Source of the DNA: the human T2T-CHM13v2.0 reference genome, Homo sapiens
Length of the DNA stretch: 64,000 nucleotides
Strand: one strand, 5' to 3'
Assembly: GCF_009914755.1 (NCBI RefSeq)
Contig: NC_060928.1
Part shown: positions 1 through 14,430 of the stretch, in pieces
Numbering within the stretch: the first letter of the stretch is position 1
Layout of the letters: each line of letters starts with the position of its first letter
Program-made: the position numbers and the translations under genes
The notes under the pieces: generated by a model
Databases searched by the model: none
Told to the model about the DNA's origin: nothing
What the model saw: the letters and a program-made list of their open reading frames with translations, nothing else

Positions 1-943
1 ATGATCTCTAAGGGTCTCCTCAGATTCTATCACCCAATGATTCTGAAATACCAGGGAAGGAAAAAAAGTTTCCAGATGACTTTTACACTTCAACACTTGG
101 TAAAATGGCTTTTTAGCATTTTGGCAACTCAATTTGCTTTAAGAATTTAGAAAGAAGTTGCAGTAAAATGCCCACTTAAATCATGCATGGTATGTAAGTA
201 AGTATGTGTGTAACCTAAATAAAATTTCTCATTGCACCTGCACTTTAGCAAGATGGGATGGCAGCTTGAGAAGTCATCAAGAGAAATCATTCTAATTTCC
301 TTGTTTGACAAGGATGAAGAACATATAACTTTCTTTTTGCGGTGCTTACTGCTTGATAAACGGTGACCAGTAGATTACGAACTAATAAATGAATCGGAAA
401 AGAAAAGGAACATCTGTCTTAACTCTTTTCATGCATATGTAGAGAAAGCAACTATTTTTATGACAATAAAGAACAAGAAAACCATCACCTATGACTTAAA
501 TTATTCTCTTTTTTATTACCCTGACCCCTAACTCAACAGTACAGCCATAGTGAATCTTACCATTAGAGACTCATTCATCCCACTGGGTAGCAGTTGAGTA
601 TCCCCAGGGTTCTTCTTTATGTAAGCAGTTGTCTGGGGAAAATAACACTTTGTGGCTGGTAGCAGAGGCTAAGTAAAGGATTGCTGAATAAATAAGGGGA
701 TATATCAAGTTATTGTTAGTCATGAGCACTTTTGCAAGAATCAATTTGGAGAAGAATAGCAGATAAGTCCCAAGGAGAGAGAAACAAAGTGAGAAGAGAC
801 TGGCAGAAGCAAGGGTATAGGGGTGTTATTGCTGGTGGTAATAACCCACTAGAACATGAAACTGAATTTGAGGCAAAGAGTTCTATTTGGAATATTAAAA
901 TAAGGACATTAATTAGGCAGGAGAATGTTCTTTGACTTTAGAC

Positions 944-1140
944 CTATGCTGCACAATAGAGTAGCCATTAATCACATGTGGCTATTGAGCAATTAAAATA
1001 TGGCTAGTCCAAATTGAGATGTGGTCTTACAAAACACACTAAAGACTTTTGCAAAAAGACCTAGTGCAAAATAAAAAGATGATTTTAAAGATTAGTGCAA
1101 AAAATGCATATAAAACTCTCATCATATTTTTATATTGTAA
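944..1140 (+). mobile_element. MER33 (hAT-Charlie DNA transposon), partial
   Basis: gtagccattaatcacatgtggctattgagcaattaaaatatggctagtccaaattgagatgtg matches the recalled MER33 5' half. Confidence 0.7.
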
Positions 1141-1149
1141 TTTTTTAGA

Positions 1150-1340
1150 CCAGAGAAACGGTAGCTTTGAACATGATGTAGCAATGATGAGAAGTGGTTG
1201 GATTCTGAGTATATTTTGAAGTTTCCACCCACAGGGTTTACTGATGGATTGAATGTGGGGTATGAGAGGTAGGAGTCAAGGATGACTCTAAGGGTACATT
1301 TGCCGTTAATTGGGATGAGGGAGTGTGCAGGAGGAGATAT
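1150..1340 (-). mobile_element. L2 LINE fragment
   Basis: gagaagtggttggattctgagtatattttgaag...ggagtcaaggatgactc is typical antisense L2. Confidence 0.6.
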
Positions 1341-1404
1341 GAAGAAAGTCAGGCTTAAAGATGTTTAATGATTCACCCAAGGTCACACTGGTAATTCAGA
1401 GAGA

Positions 1405-1570
1405 AATGGAATTAATTGACCTGTTAGGAAACTCAGAGATCTGCTGGTCTTTCTTATTTTACAGATGAAAAATTTGGAGTCTAGTGAAAAGAAGTGACTT
1501 GCTCAAAATCACACAGCACATGAAGAACAGAGCCTCTATGATGAATTTCTTGACAGGTAGGCTAGAAATC
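1405..1570 (-). mobile_element. MIR SINE fragment
   Basis: MIR core: attttacagatgaaaaa...aagtgacttgctcaaaatcacacag. Confidence 0.65.
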
Positions 1571-1586
1571 CTATATTTTGTTTTTT

Positions 1587-1589
<3 letters not shown>

Positions 1590-1620
<31 letters not shown>
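1590..1620. repeat. poly(T) tract, ~31 nt
   Basis: Seen directly. Confidence 0.95.
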
Positions 1621-1622
<2 letters not shown>

Positions 1623-1754
1623 CACTACACTGTATCTGTGAAAGTTAAAATGAAACCATGTTTAGCTATGTCTCTAGATGCATTAAGGAAAGAAGAATCA
1701 CTAGTGACACTTTAGGGGTGAGTCTTCACAACTCTCAGGTAAAGCATATTCTAG

Positions 1755-1903
1755 AACATTGAATGTTCGTACTAATTAGATAACTCTAAGTAGATAGATA
1801 ACTAGCTAATTAGTACTAACATTTAATGTCAGCACTAGTTAGAACTAATGTTAGTACTAATACTAACTAATTAATACTAATGTTAGTACTAATTAGATAA
1901 CTA
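1755..1903. repeat. Patchwork of direct and inverted copies of a ~24 bp motif (aatgttagtactaattagataact)
   Basis: Direct copies at 1762-1785, 1847-1861 and 1879-1902; inverted copy at 1806-1823. Confidence 0.8.
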
Positions 1904-2359
1904 CCCTACTTGAATTTGGAATAAACTATTTCCTCTTTAACATTAATTTAATGTCATGATGAGTAATGATAACTATCCCTTAATGAGAAAAAGTTTTTAT
2001 CAAGAATATAAATTTCATCCTTAGCCCAAAGAAATCTCAAGGCTTACGTCAAAGGAAGGGAGACAGATAAAATATAACAGATTATAGAAAACAAAAGCCA
2101 TCCTTTCAATATTTTTCTCTAGAATGAGAGTTCAAGCTCAACGTATTTTAAAATGGTTGTGGGTATTCATCTATTTAAATATGAGACCCAAATATGTGAT
2201 CATCTTGTCATCTGTTTCCTCATCTCCATTGATATTTTCCATAAAAAATTCAAACTAGCGTGGCATGTGGTGTTTTTTTTGTAATGGACATTTTGTAGAA
2301 GTCAATTATTGCCAGGATAATGTAGTGTAACAAACCACACCAAAGATTCAGTGGCTTAC

Positions 2360-3056
2360 TCTGTAATGAAGAATTTCACTGGCCTTTGTCCCCAGTTCCT
2401 GGGTGGTAGCCTCTAAGTCCTGGGGATTTCCTGAGCCATAGAAGTGGCTTTGTTATTCATGATGGGCCCTGAGAGTTCACTCAGAAGGGAGATTGGTCAT
2501 GCCAGAAAGACCAACCATATGTTTGGATGGTTGAGTTGTGAGCTATATGATAATATCTTGACTTTTTGGGAGAGGAGGCTGACTGTAGATTGAGTGACAT
2601 GGGGATGATTCAATCACTCATACTTAGGACACAGAAGCTTAAGTGAACTTCCCTGGTTGACAATATTCTGAGCATTGTCAAACAACGATGTGCCAGAAAG
2701 GGAACTCTGGACTCCATGAAGAGAGGACAGTGGGGCTTCCATATTTGGGAGCCTCTCAGACCTTGCTCTGTGTCAATACATTTAGCTAGTGCTGATTTGT
2801 ATTCTTATGCTATAAGAAAACTACAATTATAAATACAGTTCTTTCTTGAGTTTTATGAGTCATTTTAGCAAATTAATGAATCATAGAGGAAGTGGGAACG
2901 CGTGGATTTGTAGCCAGTTGGTCAAAAGTGAGGGTGGCCTGGGGACTCCTAACCTTGTGGCTGGTGTCTGAAGTGAAGGCTGTTTTAAAGAGGACTATGC
3001 CCTTCATCTGTGAAGTCTGACCTAACTACAGGTACTTGGTGCCAAAAGTCACTGCA
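2360..3056 (+). mobile_element. MER77/MER21-group solo LTR
   Basis: tgtaatgaagaatttcactggcctttgtccccagttcctggg start, ...cactgca end; 5 bp TSD cttac at 2355-2359 and 3057-3061. Confidence 0.65.
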
Positions 3057-3461
3057 CTTACAAATATAAGTATTTTTATTTAAAGCATATTTAATTAAAT
3101 TATTTAATGTTATTTACATATTTTTAAATTTTTATTTATTTTAAAATTTATTTTATTTTGATATTTTATTTATATGTATTTATTTTATTTAAAGCACATT
3201 TATTTACTCACACGTCTGAGGGTCAGCTGGGAAGTTCTGCTTCAGACTGTGAACTGACAGGGCTTGGATCCAGTAGCAGGTCTAATTGATGTGTCTCATT
3301 CCGAACTGCAGGCTGGAGGAGCTGTGGCTACCTGGGATATGTTCTCTGCATGGTGATGACAAAAGCAACTACATTAGCACATTAAACGTTTGCTTACATC
3401 ACATGTAATAACATCCTGTTGACCTAAACAATGTGAACAATTAATTATTGGGCGGGATATT

Positions 3462-3985
3462 TAGTTGACCCTTGAACAACGCAAGTATTAGGGGCACCAA
3501 CCCCTGCACAATAAAAAAACAAGCAAACAAACAAACATACAACTTTATCTCCTCCAAAACTTAACTACTGATAGTGTACTGTTGAGAGGAAGCCTTACCA
3601 ATAACATAAATAGTCAATTAACATGTATTCTATATATTATATGTCTTCTATACTGTATTCCTACAATAAAGTAAGATAGGGAATAGAAAATGTATTTAAG
3701 AAAATCGCAAGGAAGAGAAAATATATTTACTATTTATTAAGTGGAAGTGGATCATTATAAAAGTCTTTATTCTCATCAACTTCACATTGAGTAGGCTGAG
3801 GAGAGGAAGGTAGAGGAGGGGGTGTTGATCTTCCTATCTCAGGGGTGGCAGAGGCACGAGAAGTAGAGGGGGTGGAAAGGGAATCAAGAGAGGCAGGCAT
3901 ACTAGGTATGACTTTAATTGAAAAAAAAAATCCATATATAGGTAGACCTGTGCAGTTCAAACACATATCGTTCAAGGGCCAACTG
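3462..3985 (-). mobile_element. Tigger2a (MER28) TcMar-Tigger element
   Basis: TIRs (t)agttgacccttgaacaac / gttcaagggccaactg followed by TA; internal tgagtaggctgaggagagg and aagtggaagtggatcatt. Confidence 0.85.
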
Positions 3986-4424
3986 TAAACGCAATCCTAC
4001 CACAAGGCCATGAAAATGGTGTGGGTATGTAAGTATGCTAGTAGGGGAATGACAACTGAGACTTTTATTCAATATTCTGCACATTTACTGAAGAACATTG
4101 CACACTCAGCACAAGCCATCTTTAGCGCTGTGTCATCTGACAATTCTGATCTCTCATGTTTCTGAGAGAAGACACACATGTCTTCTCAGAACTCCTCTAC
4201 AGTGCTCAGTGTCTCACTTACTGCCCTGGGCAACTCTCCTCTTATTTCAAACATAGATACCCTCATTCAAAAAAACAAAATCCTGGAGCTAACTCGGCCT
4301 ATTATTTTCTTGGATGCAATTTAGTGATCATTTTTTTCTTTTTGTTAACTACCAGTTGCTGTCTATGTGACCTCCTGAAAGTACATTCTTGTTCCTTGTC
4401 TTCGAAATGGATATATATTACCTA

Positions 4425-4720
4425 CCTGATACAATTGAAATGACATCGCAGTGAGATAGACATTTAAGCCCTTAGAACAATAACTGGAACAGAGTAAGCA
4501 TTTAATGATAATCCTAGCAGTGATACTATGAGGTCAGTATTTTGCAGTTTTGTTTTTCATCCTCATGTTACATAGGATGAAATTGAGGACCAGAGAGTCA
4601 CACAGTCCGTAAGAGGCAGAGATGGAATTTTAACTCAGGTAGTTAGGCACTTATATCCACCCTCTTACCCTCCATATGCTATTACAGCCATCTTCAGAAC
4701 TCAATAAATGGTTGTTGTTG
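4425..4720. mobile_element. MIR fragments in both orientations
   Basis: cttagaacaataactggaacagagtaagcatttaat (+) and gatgaaattgagg...gtcacacag...ggaattttaactcagg (-). Confidence 0.55.
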
Positions 4721-5261
4721 TTGCTCTTGCTCTTGTTTTTATTTGAGCTTGTCTTTTAGATCTTGCCCCTGCACCAAGAGACTTATAATAGGTTTTCTTC
4801 CAAGAACATTTAATAATATTCATAAGAGCCCTTTAGATAAATGCAGTTTTCCCTCACTTCTTTACATTTATTTATTTCTGTTCCACTTGGTTAAATGGGG
4901 CTTAATGCCTTTTGATGTAAAAACATACAATACGACAGGAAAAAAACATAAAGAAAATTGGCTTACACAGGAATTATTTTTTCTATATTGTAATACATTC
5001 ATCTAGAGTTTATTTGTAGACCCTCAAAAGGGGAACATGGTATAATGTCATGGAACATACTGTCAATGATATGGCTGCCACAAATAGAGTGGCAAGTAGG
5101 AGTAAAACTTTTCTTGTAGTGTTTCTCAGCCAAACCTGTGGGCCAAGTGCCAAAGCACAGTATTGTAAAAAGAATTTCATGAGAGGCCAAATCATAGCTG
5201 AGGGATGTCAAGCCCAGTATTGCAGCACCTTGAAGCACCTAGCAACAATTTTTCTTAAGTT

Positions 5262-5645
5262 CCAAGTGTAATTATGAAGTACTGTGATTAGTATTTTAAT
5301 AAGGTTATTGGAATTGTACATCCAAATGCATGCTATCATTCCAACTCATCACCTTGGGAGGCTCTAAAGGTGATGCTATGCTAATGATGCCACTATGACT
5401 CAAAACTCATTTTAAAAATCTGCATTCAGTGCTGGTTTAAGGAATCAAACAAAACTACCAATCTCACTAGTTTGTAGTTATAAACTGCATCACTCAATTT
5501 TATCACCAGCCATCCCACCCACCATTCTACCCATCCCACCCATCATAGTACCCAAGGAATGACCAAATATCTTTGGCTGTATCAAAATGTAAAGCACCCT
5601 AAAAGAAGGTAGATTCGTTAAGAATAAAAATGTTATAAATAATAC
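5262..5645 (-). mobile_element. MARNA (TcMar-Mariner) fragment 1
   Basis: tacatccaaatg...tcaccttgggaggct...ctcaaaac...tttggctgt...caccctaaaaga is collinear with the recalled MARNA consensus. Confidence 0.6.
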
Positions 5646-5674
5646 TGTTGGAGTTTCAGGGTGCTAATACATAA

Positions 5675-6074
<400 letters not shown>

Positions 6075-6562
6075 TAGAGCAACTTCCTACATTTACAGTA
6101 CTAATGTCAAACAAGGTCTGTGGAAATGCAAGCTTGCTAATCCAACAGCCCTAGAATGAGACCAAATGACCTACCAGATCACTGACTGCTGGGATACCAG
6201 AAGACTTCTAGGGCAGGGGAAGGCCCCTTACTCATGGTGATCAGACCTGTGTGCACATCCTGGACAATCCAGGGTAGCTGCTCTGCAATAATCCAGGGAG
6301 GAGAGAGAATAGGATGACAGTCCCTAGTGTTTACAGGTTTTTATTAGATTCATTACAGCCAAATGGGAAACATGAACCAATTAAGGGCACCTAACAGACG
6401 GGAACTCACTCTTCCTCCCTAAGAGATATTGAAGTGGAGTAGGCAATCCAGATTTATACTCTAGCTAAAATTGCCTCATGGAAACACAGGGCCAAGGAAA
6501 AAGAGAAGATTCCCAAACTTCTCCATAGGGTCAACTGTATAACCCCAAAGACTCTGAATGCA

Positions 6563-6975
<413 letters not shown>

Positions 6976-7759
6976 TTTAGCATTTTAGTAAAGTATTTGC
7001 TACTACGGCTTTGTAATATCTGTTTAAGAAATTCAATTCATTATATACATTTACTGTATATATGACAAAATGTTATGTACAAGCCTTGCAAGTTTGGGTT
7101 ACAGTTGTGCAGGGACTAAAATGATACTCCAGCAGTGAGGGTTTCTGAAAAAGCGTCTTATGAGTACTTCTTCAGACCCCTGCTGGGCTAATCACCTTGA
7201 CTCTAGAATGTGCCAGAGATACATGGGGAGGCTCTCTGGTCTGATAAAATTAATGCTGTCAGGCTTAAAAGATGGAATTATTCATAAATATTCCAAATAC
7301 AGTTATGAAAATAAAGATGTAAGGAGAGGAAACAAACATGAGAAATTAGGAGCAGATGTACTATTTCTTTTATATGAAGGTTTTTTGATGTATCACAAAT
7401 GGATAAACACGTGATAACCTCAGCAAATATTTCTCTACAAACGTACAGTAACAAAAACAAATGTAACTTTTGAATTGGATATTGTTTAATAAATGAATTA
7501 ATTACGTGGAATTTGTATTACATGTAAATTTGATGGTGGCAGTTTAAGATAGTTCCTAGTATTGGTCAATATTATAGCATTTCTGGGTATTTCAGGACCG
7601 GTTTTACAGCTTAATAATCATCTCCTAATTATTGTCACACCCTTTACCAGCTGCTGTTTGCCCGTTTCTGATGCCATCATACTCTCTTCATTGAGTCCCA
7701 CCTATGTGATCTTCTTTCCAGTTGTTAATTTAGTCATTTATAAACATGTTTGGTTTTGC

Positions 7760-8320
7760 ACCATTTAGGCATTATAATTCTTACTCAGAAATATGTGCTT
7801 CCTTTAAAAAGATTATAATCTAGAAAGGGAGCTAAGCATAAATTGCTTTAACCTAAGCAGAGTAAATGCCATGGACAAAGAACACAGAATGTCCTTTAGG
7901 AATTCAGAGACTGAAATGGTTATTTCCATCTGGGAACATCAAGAAAGATTTCATGGAAAAAGTGACATTTGAACTGGGTCTTGAATGGGTCAGATTTGAG
8001 CATGAAGTAATGGAAAGAAGGAGGCAGAGAGAACAGAAGACACATAAGCTTGGCAGTAGAAAATTGTAAGGTGCTCCCTCTGATTAGGAAATGATCAGTT
8101 TGCCAAGGGATAAAATGAGAGAATTGGAAAGAGAGGGTAGGGTCAGATGTTGGATGATCTTGAATGCACAATTCATTGAGAATAATCAAGTAGGAGACTG
8201 CTATGGGCAGTCCAGATCTGTGGCCCAGGCAGAGTAATCATGCATCAGTAAGAAAGATGAATGTAATATCAAAGACTGAAGATGCAGGGAGTATTAGGAA
8301 GCTGTTCCAGATAATATTTT
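7760..8320 (-). mobile_element. L2 LINE fragment
   Basis: ttcatggaaaaagtgacatttgaactgggtcttgaa antisense L2 motif. Confidence 0.6.
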
Positions 8321-8879
8321 GGGCTTTGACGCAGAACTCATTTTCTCCAGTTAGAGCTTGGTTTATTGAGTACCTGTTAACACTCAGCACTTCCTCTTTG
8401 ACTCACTCTTTTGTTAATTTCCTTCAACATAATTCAGATCTTCACTAACATCGATGTAATCAGCTATTGTGTATGTTAAAATACATTCTTCCCCGACATG
8501 CGTGCATGTATTCATCCAGTCTCCTCTGGTTCTATGAATGACTCCCAGAAAACATGCAACCCATTTATTCTGTTAAAATATGACTTGAGTGAGACCTATG
8601 CTCTTATTATTAAAAAAACTTTAGAAGTCACAACGTTTCCTTCTCAGCACTTTTCCTCATCCTGTGCCCCTTCCGTCATTGGAAGCTGTGACATACACAG
8701 GTTTCACCGAATGACAGGTATAGGTCAAAAGGTGTCATTTTTAATCATATTTAATTACGTTTAAAGTATATACACATTCAAGTAATTTTTTCAGTCATAT
8801 GAAATGACTTCTGAATGCCTTACTTCCACTCAAAGGATTAAATCATAATCAGAGTGTCCAATTCTAATTTTCTTGAAAG

Positions 8880-8990
8880 AAATACTGCCCATTCATCTTC
8901 ATGTTTCCCGGATCTAGCACAAAGACCTGGTAAACAGTGGGTACTCCCCAAACACAGGCTGAATGAAAGAATGAATAAGTGAATGAATTA
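8880..8990 (+). mobile_element. L2 3' end
   Basis: ctagcacaaagacctgg...(tgaa)n tail. Confidence 0.6.
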
Positions 8991-9244
8991 CTGTTTTTCT
9001 GGCAGTACTTTCTAACATTATAAAAATAGCATTCAGTTGGACTGCTTATACTTCAACCTTGGCCATACAATCTTTCCAATTATCTCCATTGCTCTGTTTT
9101 TCTCCTTATTATCTTGAACCATTTGTTCACTCCTTTCCTTTGCTTTTCTGTCTCCCTCAATTTTCCACTTCCCATTTAAAGAATGTGATGAATATTAATT
9201 ATGTTTTAATATACAAAAATAGCACCCTCATTGCCTTTGATTTT

Positions 9245-9288
9245 TCTTTGACTTGTCCTTACTCTTTCTTTGACTTGTCCTTATTCTT
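9245..9288. repeat. 22 bp tandem duplication (tctttgacttgtcctta[c/t]tctt)x2
   Basis: Seen directly, one mismatch. Confidence 0.9.
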
Positions 9289-9994
9289 TTGATTTTTCAT
9301 TATTTTATGTGAAGCTCAGTCAGTGAGCCCTCTTTTTTTCATTTTATCTCGTCACTTCTTCCTTTTGTAACTGCATTTTCTTTTACTTTGCTTTAACTGT
9401 TTTTTCTCATTGTCTTCAAATTGTTCATGGTCATATCCCTTACTTTATACAGATAGCATCTAAATGCAAATATTCCCCAGAAAAATCAGAGTGGCAGAGG
9501 AAAGTAATGGTTTGAAATAAACACTGTATATTCAATTGGTTTCCAAATCAGCACCAGCTAAACAAATGCCAAATAGCAGTCCTTAGAGACACAAGATTAG
9601 TATGTTCTGAAATGAGAAGTTATCTTTTCCTCTCTCTCTAACTTCCCCTTCCTCTTTTTCTTTTAAAATAGCATAAAGAATTCTTGCAAACAACAAAGGA
9701 GACTTAGCTGAAACTTTTGGCCTCATATCAGAGAGTTCATGTTTGTCTTTAGACAAACAGATAAACAAACGGAATCTGGGAGAGGAAGCATTAATTTGAC
9801 TTGCAAGCAAATCATTTTATACTAAATAAATGAAGATTTTGTATGCTATCCAGTTTCTTTGAGATGTATGTGCCTTATAAAGATGTTCCTAAAAGATTCA
9901 AAGCCATGAAAAGCATCCGTGCACTTTATTAAGGTGTACCTCTGGTTAATTTATGATGGAGTCAGCAAAGAAGTAGTCCAGTAGGGCTTTCTAC

Positions 9995-10190
9995 CTGTGA
10001 AAAGAACATGGTTTGAAGCCACCAAGCAAATCTAAACTGTCATCTTTGTACTTACTAGCCACGTGGCTTTGGGCAAGATGTAGCCTGTCAGAACTCCAAT
10101 TTCCTCATCTGCAAAATGTGGTAGATTCCAATTACATGTATGAAAGTGAAATAAAGCATTGCCTATAAGGGCTTGTAAGAGTACCAACAG
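9995..10190 (+). mobile_element. MIR SINE
   Basis: cttactagccacgtggctttgggcaag...tttcctcatctgcaaaatg. Confidence 0.75.
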
Positions 10191-10462
10191 TTTTTGGAGC
10201 TCTAACTTGTAACAATTGCACTATTAAACTATTTCTGAAAATAGTAATAAACATGTAATAACCCTAAATACATACTCTCCCGGAGTATGCAGTGATCTTT
10301 CACACATTCTTGCACACACTACCCTCTTTTCATAACATGCTCTCTTCCCAGTTTGTCAACTGGGAACAAAGTGAACATTTATTCATTCTTTATAACTTAT
10401 TTGACACCATCTTTTCAGGAAGTTTGCTCTGCCTTTCCTGAGCATAACTGATTACTTCAGGC

Positions 10463-10850
10463 ATTGAATAATTCAACCAATATTTACCCAATGACTTCTA
10501 TGTGCCAGGCACTATTCTAGGAGATATGGAAACGATTATTAAAAAAAAAAAAACAGTTAAAAAAAAACCTGCCTTCATGGAGCTTACATTCCACTACGAG
10601 ACAAGGACAGTCATCAAAACAAATAAGTAAAATATACAGAATGAAAAATGCTCATTAGTGCTATAAAGAAAATAAAGCAGAAAGAAATTACAAGATGCCA
10701 GTCTTGGGGATTTGGGCAGTTTCAGTTTAAACAGGCTAATCAACAAAGACATTTCAACAAATGTATGAGAGAGGAGAAAAAATGAATTACTTGGAAACTG
10801 GGTGAAAATTGATCCAGGCGGAGAAACGGCACATGCAAAAGCTCTGGAGA
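10463..10850 (-). mobile_element. L2a 3' end, apparently nested in an older + strand L2 (about 10290-11090)
   Basis: attcaaccaatattta...ctatgtgccaggcactattctagg...cctgccttcatggagcttacattc. Confidence 0.75.
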
Positions 10851-11828
10851 GCCACCTTTTGTTTATTATACCTCCGTACCATATCTATTAATACATTTAT
10901 TAAAATATTTTGTAATTATTAAATGTTTAAAATAAATATATTTATGTTATATAAATTATACATTTTAAGTTTGCATTTAAGTGTCCCAGGCTATAAAGGC
11001 AGGAATTGTATCTCATTCCTCTATTAATTGTGCTATGTAGCAGAGTCTAGTCTTGAGCTGGTACTCAAAAATATTTTTTCCATTGAATTTAATTATGATA
11101 CTAATCTTTTTGGACAAATGCTAATCTTTAGCATTGTCAATTGCTGAAGTAGTTGGTCAGGTTAGGAAGTCTTAGCATGGTTTGGTAGTCTGTTGTTGGC
11201 TACTGAGCAATAGACACATTCCCTTGGTGTCTTACATTTCCTTTTATTTTTCTTGCTAAATTGCTTCCTTGGAAGCTACTTTCTGATCAGAAGAAAGGTA
11301 TTTGGGATGTTGTAGCAGCAATAGGCATTATACTTTATTTCACTGCACTTTGAATATATTGTGTTTTTCACAAATTGATTTATGGCAATCCTGTGTTGAG
11401 CAAGTCTACATGCTTCCTTCTTGTATCTTCATATCTTGGCAATCCTCACAATATTTCAAACTTTCTTATTATTTTATCTGTTATGATGATCTCTAATCAG
11501 TGATCTTTGCTGTTAATATTGTAATAGTTTTGGAGCAACACAAACTACACCCATATACGATAACCAATCTAATTGATAAATGTGTATGTTCTGATTGCTA
11601 CAGTGACCAAACGTTTTCCTATCTCTCTCCATTTGCAGGGGCCTCTTTATTTCCTCAAACATAACGATATTAAAATTAGACCAGTTAATAACCCTAAAAT
11701 GGCCTCTAAATGTTCATGTAAAAGGAAGAGTTGTGCACCTCTCACTTTCAATCAAAATGATTAGGCTTAGTGAGGAAGGCATGCCAGAAGCTGAGATAGG
11801 TTGAAAACTAAGCCTTTGTGTCAAACAG

Positions 11829-11886
11829 GTAACAAACCTGCACGTTGTGCACGTGTACCCTAGAACTTAAAGTATAAAAAAAAAAA
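11829..11886 (+). mobile_element. Very short L1PA 3' end with poly(A)
   Basis: gtaacaaacctgcacgttgtgcacgtgtaccctagaacttaaagtataaaaa is the L1PA terminal sequence. Confidence 0.85.
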
Positions 11887-11896
11887 TACAAATGAA

Positions 11897-12289
<393 letters not shown>

Positions 12290-14117
12290 TCAAACCAGCC
12301 TCAACATTTCCTTAAGTCAAAGTCTAAACCAGAGCAAGGCCCTCTCTTCAACTCATAGAAGGCTGAAAATGATGAGGAAGCTGAAGAAAAAAAGATCTGA
12401 AGTTAGCAGAGGTTGATTCATGAGGTTTGAGGAAAAGTTCACTCCATATCATAAAAGTGTAAGATGAAGAAGCAAGTACTTATGTAGAAGCAGCAGCAAG
12501 TTATTTAGAAGACCTAGCTAAGATAATTGATGAAGTTTGCTACAATAAACAACATATTTTTAATGTAGGTGAAATAACCTTCTACTAAAAGAAGATGCCA
12601 TCTAGGACTTTCATAGCTAGAGAGAAGTCAGTGCTTGGCTTTAAAGCTTTGAAAGACAGGCTGACTTTCTTATTAGGGTCTAATGCAGCTGGTAACTAAG
12701 TTGAAGCCAATGCTCACTTACCATTTTGCAAAACCTAGGGTTCATAAGAATTATGCTAAGTCAACTCTGCCTGTGCTCTATAAATGGAGCAAGCCTGGAT
12801 GAGACAGCACATTTATTTATAGCATGGTTTACTGAATATTTTAAGCCTGTTGTCGAGACCTACTGCTTGGAAAAAAAATATTTCTTTCAAAATATATTAC
12901 TGCTCATTGACAATGAACCTCGCCACCCAAAAGCCCTAATAGAGACATACAAGGAAATTAATGTTATTTTCATACCTGCTAAAACAACATCCATTCTCTA
13001 TTTCATAGATCAAGAACTACTTTGGACTTTATGTCTTATTACTCAAGGAAGACATTTCCTAAGCTACAGAGGCCATAGATAGTGATTCCTCTGATGGATC
13101 TTGGCAAAGTAAGTGGAAAACTTTCTGGAAAGAATTCACAACTCTAGATGTCATTAAGAACATTTGGGATTCCTGGGAGGGGATCAAAATATCATTAACG
13201 GGAATTTGGAAGAAGTTGACTCCAACCCTCATGGATGAAATCGAGGGATTCAAGACTTCAGTGGAGGAAGTAACTGCAGACATGGTGGAAATAGTGAGAG
13301 AACTAGAATTAGAAGTGAAGCCTGAATATGTAACTGAATTGCTGCAATCTTACGATGAAATTTTAAGAGATAACGAGTTGTTTCTTATGAATGAGCAAAG
13401 AAAATGGTTTTTTGAGATGGAATCTACTGCTGGTGAAGATGCTCTAAACATTGGTGAAATGACTATTTAGAATATTACATAAACTTAGTTGATAACATGG
13501 TGGCAGGGATTGAGAAGATTGACTCCAATTTAGGGAGAGAATTACTACTGCAGGTAAAATGCTGTCGGACAGCGTTGCATGCTACAGAGAAATCTTTCAT
13601 CAGAGGAAAAATCAATTGATGGAGAAAACATTATTGTCATCTTATTTTAAGAAATTACCACAGCCACCCCAACCTTCAGCAACCATCTCTGATGAGTCAG
13701 CAGCCATCAACATCAAGGCAAGACCCTCCACCAGCAAAATGATTACAACTTGCTAAATGCTCAGATTATTATTAGCATATTTTAGCAATAAAATATTTTT
13801 ATTTTTAAGGTATGTACATTGTTGTTTTAGACATAATGTTATTGCACACTTAATAGGCTATAGTATAGTATAAATGTAACTTTTATATGCATTGGGAATC
13901 CCAAAAATAGTGTGACTCACTTTATTGAGACATTCACTTTATTGCAATGGTCTGGAACCAAAACTACAATAGCTCTGATCTTTGCCTATATAGTAAAATA
14001 AGAAATTGATAGATTTCAGCCTTTTTGTAGCTGTTCTCAGTCATTTTTGCAATATACAGTATACTTAGATTGGAGCCATGGCATCTTCAGTTGAAAAGAA
14101 CCTGGTAGCATCTAGTC

Positions 14118-14430
14118 CAGGCATCATGAATGGCCATACCTATGGAGCCAGGTGGGTGACATATAGCAGTAGGATTGTGGCCAGTGGAAAGTGACTCCTT
14201 GTCTAAACGTGGCTACTGCAACTCTCTTCCAGGCATCGGGTGTCATGTCAAAATGAAAGATTAGTTTTTCAAGGTGTTTTGAGCAGTATTAGATCTATAT
14301 GTTATATAAAATCTTCTGACTTTTCAATGTTGTCAACATATCCAGTTTTTTGAAACAAATAAATATGCCAAAACAAAATGCCAAACAAAACATGCCTGGG
14401 TACTAAATTCAGTCATTTTACAGTCTCTTA
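14118..14430 (-). mobile_element. MER102 (hAT-Charlie) nested in a MIR-like fragment (about 14065-14540)
   Basis: gtctaaacgtggctactgcaactc...atgttgtcaac...gccaaacaaaacatg. Confidence 0.6.

Larger units (their letters stand above)
2308..4083 (-). mobile_element. MLT1H-like MaLR solo LTR, split by a MER77-like LTR, a T-rich insert and Tigger2a
   Basis: gtaacaaaccacaccaaagattcagtggcttac resumes at 3190 (catttatttactcacacgtctgagggtcagctggg) and again after 3987. Confidence 0.55.
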
